This document shows positions 38,601-47,072 of a DNA stretch of 64,000 nucleotides, one piece after another. The number at the start of each line of letters is the position of its first letter. Within the stretch, counting starts at the first letter, position 1. The position numbers and the translations under genes were made by a program. Below the pieces are notes generated by a model, which saw only the letters and a program-made list of their open reading frames with translations, was not told the origin of the DNA and did no database searches. This DNA is from a virus. The DNA lies in UHGV virus genome UHGV-1364187; one strand, 5' to 3'.

Positions 38601-40024
38601 TCAATTCTTGTTGATAAATTAGTTGATGTGAGTTCTTTATCAGTATCAGGACCAAGAATATCATCTAGTTTAATATTGTTTATTTCTTTTTGTCTTAGTT
38701 CTTTATTAAGATTTTCTAAACGGTCTAATCGTTGTTTGCTTATTTTACCACTATTATCTTGCTCAGCTGCCATTTTCAATATTAATTCTTTAAACTCTGG
38801 ATCGTTCTCTAATTCTTCCATAGTAGCTTCTATATCTGAAGATTTTTCTGCAGCATTTTCAATTCTATTTAATAATTCTTTTTCATCTATAGAACCATCT
38901 TCTCCAGTAAGAGAATTGATCTTGATTTTAGCCTTACCAGTTTCTAGTTTAGATAGAATAGCCATTACAATAGATTTTGTTGATGAATTATTATTAGCCA
39001 TGCTATCTTGTTCTTCTGGTGGAATTGGCAAATTGTTTTCAATGATATTAATAAACTTATTAAATTTGATATAAGTTTCATTGTTGATATCATCTACTAC
39101 TAATTTGAATTGAGTATTACCATTAGTAAATACAAATTCTTCACCAGATAGAAGTTCTTTAATCTTATCTGGATTTCTTCTTAATAATCTTGAGAATAAT
39201 GATATAGGATTGATATTTTTCATATCTAATGTAGAATTCACACCTTCTGGAAGATTCCTATACCAACCATCAACAGGTATATATGACACTTTATTATATG
39301 AATCAAATCTTTCATCTTTAATAAATCTATGAAGTAGTTCTAAGTATAGATATATACCTTTCATATTACTCATATAATTATTTTTAAAGAAATTTTCATT
39401 ATAATAAAAGAAGTCTACATACATATTACGTCTTCTATATTTGTCCATATAAAGATATGCGTATTTGATAGATTTACATTCTTTCTTAATCTTATCATAT
39501 ACCAATACTACATCTTTTGGTGTTTTAAATCTTTCTCTATATAGTAATTGTTTTAAGATTTTATTGTATTTTGAAGATGATAGAATATTACTATTATCTT
39601 CTGCTTCTAGTAAAGAATTTAGTTTATCATTGTTAATGATTGTAATGCTAGATTCATCCATAATATAATCAATTCCAAATTCATTCATAGCTTCTAGTAA
39701 ACCTTCTTTAGTTTGAGTATATAGATATCTATGTTTCTCTACATCTAATACCGTTTCGTTGATTATACTATCTTCTTCTAATATAATATCATCACTGTTT
39801 GATAAGAATGATTCTTGAGATATAATAAACGAAATATCTTTCTCAATATAATATGAGTCATATTGTTTATTACAATCTTTTGTATTGATAATCTTTATAG
39901 ATTCATCAATATTTGGTGTTATTAAAAACATAATACTATCTTTGAGTTTATTTTTCGTATTGAACGGAAAATAAACAGGTTTATTGTATAATTTCATATT
40001 CTTTAAATCTTTATATAAAATCAT
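35687..40024 (-). CDS. rpoB: multisubunit RNAP beta subunit, N-terminal fragment (lacks the C-terminal ~250 aa), with a ~170-aa charged low-complexity insertion
   Basis: [19 protein letters not shown]...[22 protein letters not shown] matches E. coli beta GDKMAGRHGNKGVISKI...[36 protein letters not shown] matches [32 protein letters not shown] matches RVCPIETPEGPNIGLI. The ORF ends about 35 aa after the GDK/KGV motif, so the GGQRFGEMEVWALE region is absent. RBS taggaggt. Confidence 0.7.
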   Translation of the reverse strand: [1445 protein letters not shown]

Positions 40025-40124
40025 ATATAATACCTCCTAATCTTATTAATATGGATTATTTAAGTGTTACATAACTTAATAATAAAGGAAAATACATATA
40101 TTTTTTACAAAGGAGGAGTTCAAT

Positions 40125-40481
40125 ATGAGACGAGAATGTAAACTCAGTTTGCACTTTAGTCAATTAGTTGATGGGGAGGTGGCTATAAGACATATAAGAA
40201 AGAATGTTCTATATGATGAAATTATACGATCATTTGTATACTCTTGTAAATTAAATAATAATGATCCTAATTATATTAGCTTTATTAATAAAGAGTATCT
40301 ATTGTTTATGATTAAGAAATATAACGGTTGTATTATAAGATATAAGAGAAAATCTATTCTTATGAATGAAAATTGTTATAATGAATTCATGCAATTACAA
40401 AATGATTTTAAGAATAATCATAAATTATTAGAGCTTGCATGTTTTTATTATTTTAACATTATGCCACCCGAATTAAGATAA
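40125..40481 (+). CDS. hypothetical protein (118 aa)
   Basis: RBS aaaggaggagtt. Confidence 0.45.
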   Translation: MRRECKLSLHFSQLVDGEVAIRHIRKNVLYDEIIRSFVYSCKLNNNDPNYISFINKEYLLFMIKKYNGCIIRYKRKSILMNENCYNEFMQLQNDFKNNHKLLELACFYYFNIMPPELR

Positions 40482-40517
40482 ACATATATATAAACCAAAA
40501 AGAAAGGTGTGATACTA

Positions 40518-41015
40518 ATGGCTTTTAATAATAATCTTATTACAAGCTCAAGACAAGTTGAAGTTGATATTTTCAGACTTGAACTTCTTATCGATTCAGA
40601 AACGAAACAAGTTACATATAACCAAGATTTAATTCCTGGCAAAGTAACTCAAAGTGCTAGTGGAATTGTTAGTGTATATGATCCACATAGAGAATGTAAT
40701 GTTCAGATTGTATGCAATAACAGAGATATTATTGAAAGAAAAGTTATTGACAATGGTGAGTATATTAAATATTCTATCAATTGTTCAAAAGCTAGAATTG
40801 CAGAATTCAAAGAAGCTTTAGTAAGATATGCAAGAGCTAAAGAGGCAGAATTGCTTACAGCTTATCAAAAAGCTGTAGAAACAAAAACCGAACTCATTGC
40901 ACAAATTGATGCATATTTAGGTGCTAAAGATGAAGATAATACAACTCATTCTGGTGGAACTTCTACAGATCAAGAACAACTTCCAGAAGGTTCAGGCACA
41001 ACTACAACATCTTAA
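40518..41015 (+). CDS. hypothetical protein (~165 aa) with Thr/Gly-rich C-terminus
   Basis: Start taken at MAFNNN after agaaaggtg. A hairpin terminator follows at 41028-41063. Confidence 0.45.
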   Translation: MAFNNNLITSSRQVEVDIFRLELLIDSETKQVTYNQDLIPGKVTQSASGIVSVYDPHRECNVQIVCNNRDIIERKVIDNGEYIKYSINCSKARIAEFKEALVRYARAKEAELLTAYQKAVETKTELIAQIDAYLGAKDEDNTTHSGGTSTDQEQLPEGSGTTTTS

Positions 41016-41089
41016 TTATTAAGAATATAAAGTACTGATTACATTTGAGTAATCAGTACTTTATATTTTATTTAAGGAGGCTAAATTAT

Positions 41090-41833
41090 ATGAGTAAGAA
41101 AAAATTATTACTATTCACTATGTATAATAAGAATATTTATAGTGAGTTATTCTTTGAAGATTCATTTGAAAAAGAAAACGTAACCCCTCAAATGTTAGAT
41201 AACTTAAGAGGAGAGATTTTAACAGCACTTGGTGAATCACACTATCAATATGATATAGATGATATTAGAAGTAAGTGTGATAGAATTATAGATGACATTT
41301 TCAATAGAAGTAATAAACTAAATAAGACACATAATAAAGAAACAGATAATGTATGTGTTAGTGTTACAGAAGATTACATCGAACTTGTTGTTGGAATTTT
41401 ACCAAACGGTAAATGTACAACTCATAAATTTACGATAGATCAATTCAATAATCTTAAATCTACATATGCATCTAAAGATATAATTAATATTATATCAAAA
41501 TATATATCTCCAGAACAAAATTTTGATGCTGAATTTATATATGAAAAAGCAAAAACAAAAATAGAAGATTTTATATTAAACAGTGAAAGATATATGCATA
41601 TAATCACAAATCAAAACAGCGATACTATATCTATTCCTCGTATTATTATAGGAAAAACATCTAAAGGTGTAGATGTAATTTCTGATACTACTATAGATGA
41701 AGCTATAAGTAATACAAAAACGGAATTTGTGTCAAAAATTGAAAGATATACAAACAATGTTCTTATAGAAGAAGGAACAGTATTATATAACCCATATCTT
41801 ATTTGGGAATCTTTAAACACTATTGATAAATAA
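41090..41833 (+). CDS. hypothetical protein (~247 aa)
   Basis: Start taken at MSKKKLL after ttaaggaggct. Confidence 0.45.
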   Translation: MSKKKLLLFTMYNKNIYSELFFEDSFEKENVTPQMLDNLRGEILTALGESHYQYDIDDIRSKCDRIIDDIFNRSNKLNKTHNKETDNVCVSVTEDYIELVVGILPNGKCTTHKFTIDQFNNLKSTYASKDIINIISKYISPEQNFDAEFIYEKAKTKIEDFILNSERYMHIITNQNSDTISIPRIIIGKTSKGVDVISDTTIDEAISNTKTEFVSKIERYTNNVLIEEGTVLYNPYLIWESLNTIDK

Positions 41834-41847
41834 GGAGAGATGTAATT

Positions 41848-42513
41848 GTGAAATGGTATGAAGTTTATGAAAAAATAGAACAATTTTTAGAAAGAAATCA
41901 AGCATTTGTTGGTGAAGTTGATGTTGCTATGTTAACATCTTTACTCAGTGTAAATATGCGTTATGGTGAAAATATTAGTGTTGATGATAATTATATTTGC
42001 AAAATGGCTATTGATCTTATTAAAGATCAAAATACTATTACAAATAGAATTATTAATAAGTATTTTAGATGTTGTATAGATAGATTTAAAAAAGAGGTAT
42101 TAGAAACATACAATTATATTAAAATAAAAGTAAAAGAAACAAAAATTCAAATTTCATTTGCTGGAGACTCAGATTTATCTGTTATCAAAGATCAATTACA
42201 AGAACTTGTTAAAGCTTATGAAAATGAACCATATATTAAATTCTGTCATTGTTTCTTACCAAGAGAAGTTGTTATTTCTAAAGGATTTGATACTGGTATT
42301 GTAGATCTTTTAGATGAAGTTCTTGGAGATAAGCAATTGAATTATATTGGAAAATGTAAAACATTTGAAGAATGTATGGAAGCTTTACCAGAAGCAAGAG
42401 AAAGAGTTGCTAAAGATGTATATAGAATTCATGTACTTGGGACTTTTGATATTGCTAAAGGTGTTAAAGAAGAAATTAGGCTTTCTAGTAATGATAAAGT
42501 AATTTTAGTATAG
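41848..42513 (+). CDS. hypothetical protein (221 aa), GTG start
   Basis: RBS taaggagagatg followed by GTG. Confidence 0.45.
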   Translation: MKWYEVYEKIEQFLERNQAFVGEVDVAMLTSLLSVNMRYGENISVDDNYICKMAIDLIKDQNTITNRIINKYFRCCIDRFKKEVLETYNYIKIKVKETKIQISFAGDSDLSVIKDQLQELVKAYENEPYIKFCHCFLPREVVISKGFDTGIVDLLDEVLGDKQLNYIGKCKTFEECMEALPEARERVAKDVYRIHVLGTFDIAKGVKEEIRLSSNDKVILV

Positions 42514-42530
42514 GAAGGATGTTTATTAAT

Positions 42531-42923
42531 ATGAAGAAAGTATTTTTAGGCGGTACATGTAACGAAAGTACATGGAGAGACGAGTTAATTAAATTACTTA
42601 AGATTGATTATTTTAATCCAGTAGTAAAAGATTGAACAGAAGAATGTATGAAAGAAGAAATTAAACAAAGACAAATTTGTGATTATTGTCTTTATGTAAT
42701 TACACCTAAGATGACTGGTGTTTATTCTATCGCTGAAGTTATAGATGATAGTAATAAAAAACCAGATAAGACTATCTTTTGCTTTCTAAAAACTGATGGT
42801 AAATTAGTATTTGATTTAGGTCAAATTAAATCACTTAATCAGGTAGGAAGTATGGTTGTTAGAAACGGTGGCAAATTCTTCAAATCTTTAGAAGAAGTGG
42901 CTAATTTTTTAAACAATAATTAG
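42531..42923 (+). CDS. putative nucleoside 2-deoxyribosyltransferase-like (Rossmann-like) protein interrupted by a single in-frame TGA at 42633..42635
   Basis: The RBS aggaagga precedes the first ATG only. MKKVFLGGTCNESTWRDELIKLLKIDYFNPVVKD-[TGA]-TEECMKEE...ICDYCLYVITPKMTGVYSIAEVIDD reads as one 130-codon frame (42648 - 42531 = 117). The family assignment is tentative. Confidence 0.35.
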
Positions 42924-42954
42924 TGCAATAAACATCTAAAATACATATAGAAAT

Positions 42955-42990
42955 ATACGTATACTCATTATATTTGATGAGTATACGTAT
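42955..42990 (+). promoter_or_regulatory. 14-bp-stem hairpin in the nrdD leader; attenuator, terminator or operator candidate
   Basis: Arms atacgtatactcat and atgagtatacgtat, about 65 nt upstream of the nrdD ATG. Confidence 0.4.
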
Positions 42991-43055
42991 ATTTAATGTC
43001 TAATAAACACTATAACATCATAGTAATTCTAGATATTTTAAGGAGGAATTTATTT

Positions 43056-43919
43056 ATGGAAGAATTTAAAAGTGTAATTAAAAGAAATGGTAAAATTGTA
43101 GATTACGATAGAAATAAGATTAAAACTGTTGTTAGAAATAGTGGTCTTACAGATGAAGATAAATTAGAAGAATTTACATTGGAAGTTGAAAAACGACTAC
43201 TAATAGAAAATGAATCAGTTGATCATCAAGGTATATTTGATGTTGAACTAATTCAAGATATTATCATCCATCTGTTAGGACTATTAGGATATAAAAACGA
43301 ACAAAATGAGTATAAGAGATATAAGAAAGAACGAGAAAAGATTAGACAGTCTAAATCTGATTTATTAAAAGTGGTTCATTCATTAGGTGTTGAAACTGAT
43401 AGAGACAATGGGAATGTTGGTAATAACTTCAGTGCCAAGTTATTACGTATTGCTAGCGAAACAAATAAATGTACGAATCTAGCATTAAATATTCCTAAGC
43501 ATTTAGCGAAACCTCATGAAAATCATGATTACCATACTCATGATCTAGATAGTTATAATCTTACTACAAATTGTTTACATAATGACACTGGTGCTATATT
43601 AAAGAGAGGATTTAATACTGGATATGGGTGGATTAAACCACCTAAAAGAATCGAATCAGCTGCCAACCTTACATGTATTATTATTCAATCACTTCAGAAT
43701 GATTTTTATGGTGGGCAATCTTGTGTTGATATTGATAATGACCTTGGTGAATATGTAGAACCAACAAGACAAGAAATTATTGAAAGATTAGAACCTACAA
43801 GAAAATATGTACCAGAAGATGTATTCAATGATACAGTTGAAAGAATGTTAGATGAACAAATTCATCAAGCAGCACAGAATATTTGTTATAATCTTAATAC
43901 TATGCATAGTAGAGCAGGT
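43056..43919 (+). CDS. nrdD: anaerobic ribonucleoside-triphosphate reductase NrdD, exon 1 (ATP-cone and N-terminal barrel); 3' boundary +/- 6 nt
   Basis: RBS aaggaggaatt. ATP-cone MEEFKSVIKRNGKIVDYDRNKIKTVV. The exon ends ..NTMHSRAG(Q), matching E. coli ..NTLHTANGQ. Confidence 0.8.
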
Positions 43920-45077
43920 CAAGATGACTTAGCCGTGTTAGATAGAAATATCTAATATGATTATCGGGGAAATTCGGTAGAGGTCTAAGTAAGATTATCA
44001 ATTAAAAAGAAATGATGATATTTATGAATTATAATAAAACTGAAATTGAAAGATTATATTTTGAAGAAAATATGACATATGATCAAATATCTGAAATTGT
44101 AGGATGTTGTAAATCTACTATAGGAAATATTATTAGATCAAATCCAAACTATAAAAAGAAATCACAAACACTATATAGTAATCCATTATTAGATGAAAAT
44201 TATTTTGAAATAATAGATACAGAAGCAAAAGCTTATATATTGGGACTTATGATAACAGACGGGAATGTTTGTTATTATGGTGATGGATATCGTATTAGAT
44301 TACAATTAAAATATGAAGATTCTTATATTTTAGAATTCTTTAAAAATCAGATTCACTGTTCCAATAAACTTATTGTTGATAAGCGAGATGGTTCTATTGC
44401 ATTTAGTATAAAATCAGAAAAGATGTTTTATGATTTATCTAAATATGGAGTAGTTCCTAATAAAACTTTAAATAATTATGTTCCACCAAATATACATCCA
44501 ATGCTAATGCCTCATTTAATAAGAGGAATATTTGATGGTGATGGTTGGATATCAAAATCGTTTGATAAAAATGGAAAGAAACATATAGCTATTGGTATTT
44601 GTGGAAATGAAAATTTTCTTCAACAATTCAGGATATATTAGTAATAAATGCTCGAGTAAATATGAATATTATAAATTCTTATAGCTCAATTAATGAAGCT
44701 CCATTATACCAAACAATGTGGTGTTCTATTGGAGATATTATTAGATTATATAGTTATTTATACATAGGTGCTAATATATATCTATTTAGAAAATATCATA
44801 CTATAATTGATATAATTTTATATGAAAATACCGAGAGGGCTTTAATCGAAAGTCTTTGTAACGCATAGGAGTTGAACGTTATGATAGTAAAAATACTCCC
44901 AAGAGTCTCCGACACAATATACTATAGGTATATTTGAGGTGGAAATTGCTCACCACCAAACCTAACGTTAAACGAGGGTGAATATATATGCTAGGCTGGA
45001 TTGGAAATGACCAATCGATGAAAATGAGGGAAACCTCCAGAGGTCTAGATAAAAAGCTAGACGTTAATAACAGTCCG
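43920..45077 (+). ncRNA. group I intron 1 in nrdD (~1.16 kb), carrying a LAGLIDADG homing-endonuclease ORF
   Basis: It interrupts conserved HSRAGQ|VPFSS. A heptamer GGTCAAG is shared at both exon ends, so the exact junction is ambiguous. R-like CCGAGAGGGC..AUCGAAAG and UCCGACAC elements resemble those of intron 2. Confidence 0.7.
44012..44641 (+). CDS. intron-encoded LAGLIDADG homing endonuclease (double-motif)
   Basis: Motif 1 AYILGLMITDGNV and motif 2 LIRGIFDGDGWI. Located wholly inside nrdD intron 1. Confidence 0.8.
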   Translation: MMIFMNYNKTEIERLYFEENMTYDQISEIVGCCKSTIGNIIRSNPNYKKKSQTLYSNPLLDENYFEIIDTEAKAYILGLMITDGNVCYYGDGYRIRLQLKYEDSYILEFFKNQIHCSNKLIVDKRDGSIAFSIKSEKMFYDLSKYGVVPNKTLNNYVPPNIHPMLMPHLIRGIFDGDGWISKSFDKNGKKHIAIGICGNENFLQQFRIY

Positions 45078-45380
45078 AGTCAAGTTCCATTTAGTAGTTT
45101 AAATATTGGACTTCCTAAAAATAAAAATGGTGCTAGAGTATGTATGGCATTATTAGAAGAATACGATAAAGGTATGGGAAAAGGAGAACAAATGATTTTT
45201 CCTAATATTATCTTTAGATGTAAAAAAGGTATTAACAAAAATCCTAATGATCCATATTATTATTTATATGATAAAGCTTGTGATGTAGCAAGTAGACATA
45301 TGAATCCAACATTTATGAATATTGATAGTAAAATTAATATGGAGTTATGGAAAAAAGGTATTACACCTGCAATCATGGGT
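45078..45380 (+). CDS. nrdD: NrdD exon 2
   Basis: VPFSSLNIGLPKN..ARVCMALLEEY..IFPNIIF..AIMG. It ends AIMG|, completing the E. coli TPMG|CRSFLG junction. Confidence 0.75.
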
Positions 45381-45689
45381 TAACAGAAAATGTTACACGG
45401 TTTCTACAGCTCATGTAAAACCTATCTAAACAGGGAAAGCTCATAAGAGTCAATCCTGTGCTAAATTCTAATATTATATAGAATATATAATTATTTATAC
45501 ATTGTATATAGTACTAGATAAATGCCGAGAGACTATCGAAAGACTATTTTATATAGAATCAAGTAGAGTAGGATACAAGTGTATTCGAAAAGATAGGCTT
45601 AGATATTTATATTATCTATGAAGATATAGTCCGACACCTATAGTGATATAGGAAAGATTATGGAAACGATAATCTTATAACAAGAAATG
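45381..45689 (+). ncRNA. group I intron 2 in nrdD (309 nt, no ORF)
   Basis: The 5' exon ends AUGGGU (U at the splice site). The IGS GCUCAU at ~45410 pairs with AUGGGU (P1 with U.G). The R element is GCCGAGAGACUAUCGAAAG and the S element UGAAGAUAUAGUCCGACAC. The intron ends ..AAAUG (omega G), and the next exon begins UGU (Cys of MGCRTYVG). Confidence 0.8.
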
Positions 45690-46649
45690 TGTAGAACATA
45701 TGTAGGTACAAATATCAATGGTCAAGAAGGACCATCTAGAAGAGGAAATAATGCACCTGTTACTATTAATTTACCTAGATTAGGTATTAAAGCTAAAGGT
45801 GATTTAAATAAATTCTGGAGTTTATTAGATGATATGCTTAATTTATGTAAAGAATCTTTATTACATAGACATAGTATATTATGTAAACTTAGAGTAAAAG
45901 ATTTACCATTTGCTGCAGGAGAAGGTATTATGATGGGTTCAGAAAATCTTGGACCTGATGATACTATCGAACCAATTCTTAAGAACGGAACATATGGAAT
46001 TGGATTTGTAGGTTTAGCTGAAACATTAGTAGCATTAATTGGTAAACATCATGGTGAATCTAAAGAAGCTGACGAATTAGGATATAAAATTGTAAGTCAC
46101 ATTAGAGAATATTGTGATAAAACTAAAGAAGAGACACATCTTAATTTCTCATGTTACTATTCACCTGCTGAAAGTACAGCTGGAACATTTGCAAATGCAG
46201 ATAGAGAAAAATATGGTATTATTAAAGGAGTTACTGACCATGATTTCTATACAAATTCTGTTCATATTCCAGTGTATTATAATATCTCTATTAAAGATAA
46301 GATTGATATTGAATCTAAATATCATTATTTAGGAAATGGTGGTCATATCTTTTATGTGGAAGTTGATGGATATCCATCTAAAGAACAAATTAAGAAAATT
46401 GTAGATTATGCGTTTGATCAAAGTGATATTAGTTATATGGGAATTAATTTCCATATTAGATATTGTAAAAAATGTGGTAAACGTGTAACGAATAATGTTA
46501 TGGTATGTGATTGTGGAAGTACAGCTTTCCAAGGTATTAGTCGTATTACTGGATATTTAGCCCTAGATGGAAGATGGGGTCAAGGAAAAGTTGCAGAAAG
46601 AAAAATGAGAGTATCGCATACTACAGGTAAAAATGTATATACAGAATAA
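45690..46649 (+). CDS. nrdD: NrdD exon 3 (C-terminal half, with Zn ribbon and glycyl-radical loop)
   Basis: CRTYVG..NNAPVTINLPRLGIKAKGDLNKFWSLLDD matches E. coli CRSFLG..NNLGVISLNLPRIALEAKGDEATFWKLLDE. Also GVTDHDFYTNS, CKKCG..CDCGS, and the glycyl-radical motif RITGYL. Confidence 0.85.
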   Translation, partial: CRTYVGTNINGQEGPSRRGNNAPVTINLPRLGIKAKGDLNKFWSLLDDMLNLCKESLLHRHSILCKLRVKDLPFAAGEGIMMGSENLGPDDTIEPILKNGTYGIGFVGLAETLVALIGKHHGESKEADELGYKIVSHIREYCDKTKEETHLNFSCYYSPAESTAGTFANADREKYGIIKGVTDHDFYTNSVHIPVYYNISIKDKIDIESKYHYLGNGGHIFYVEVDGYPSKEQIKKIVDYAFDQSDISYMGINFHIRYCKKCGKRVTNNVMVCDCGSTAFQGISRITGYLALDGRWGQGKVAERKMRVSHTTGKNVYTE

Positions 46650-46654
46650 CAAAT

Positions 46655-46683
46655 AAGAAAGAGATCATTAAGATCTCTTTCTT
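46655..46683 (+). terminator. rho-independent terminator after nrdD
   Basis: 12-bp stem aagaaagagatc/gatctctttctt, then taattttt. Confidence 0.65.
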
Positions 46684-46709
46684 TAATTTTTATAAGGGGG
46701 TAAAATATA

Positions 46710-47000
46710 ATGCCTAATGTGTTTGTTGTATATAGTTATAATACATATAGAATGTATACATTATTAATATTACCAATAAAACATACTAGCAAATATAGAA
46801 TTGTAAATCTTACAAATTTATATGTATCATCTTGTACATTTGATAGTATAGAAGATGCTATATGTGATATATTTAGATATCAGTATAATAAGAAGAATAA
46901 AGTTATAACTAGTGGATTATATTATAATATAGTAAAATTAATATGTTCACTTAGTAAAGGAAAGTTTATATTGAATAATGAAAAAGAGATATGGTACTAA
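46710..47000 (+). CDS. hypothetical protein (96 aa)
   Basis: RBS aagggggtaaaat. Confidence 0.4.
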   Translation: MPNVFVVYSYNTYRMYTLLILPIKHTSKYRIVNLTNLYVSSCTFDSIEDAICDIFRYQYNKKNKVITSGLYYNIVKLICSLSKGKFILNNEKEIWY

Positions 47001-47016
47001 TCATATCTCTAAACAT

Positions 47017-47043
47017 TTTTTCAATCATATATTATATATATGA
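47017..47043 (+). promoter_or_regulatory. conserved AT-rich phage promoter-like motif (copy G)
   Basis: ttttcaatcatatattatatatatgaa, 30 nt upstream of the ATG at 47073. Confidence 0.45.
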
Positions 47044-47072
47044 ATAAAAACTTATAAAGGAGAGTGTTTTAT

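Noticed and set aside
38185-39668. ORFs 38185..38460(-), 38598..39074(+) and 39465..39668(+) inside the RNAP beta gene
   Set aside because: Antisense or alternative-frame ORFs within a gene that has clear RNAP beta homology. The S/L-rich composition suggests noise.
35687-40024. Intein in RNAP beta (the ORF is ~300 aa longer than expected for an N-terminal fragment)
   Set aside because: No intein block A/B/F/G signatures (Cys/Ser + TxxH ... HN+Cys/Ser/Thr). The extra length is explained by a charged low-complexity insertion.
44662-44868. ORF 44662..44868 within nrdD intron 1, and ORFs 46114..46332 and 46329..46532 within exon 3
   Set aside because: No RBS and no motifs. The first lies in the intron's structured 3' half; the others are alternative frames of NrdD coding sequence.
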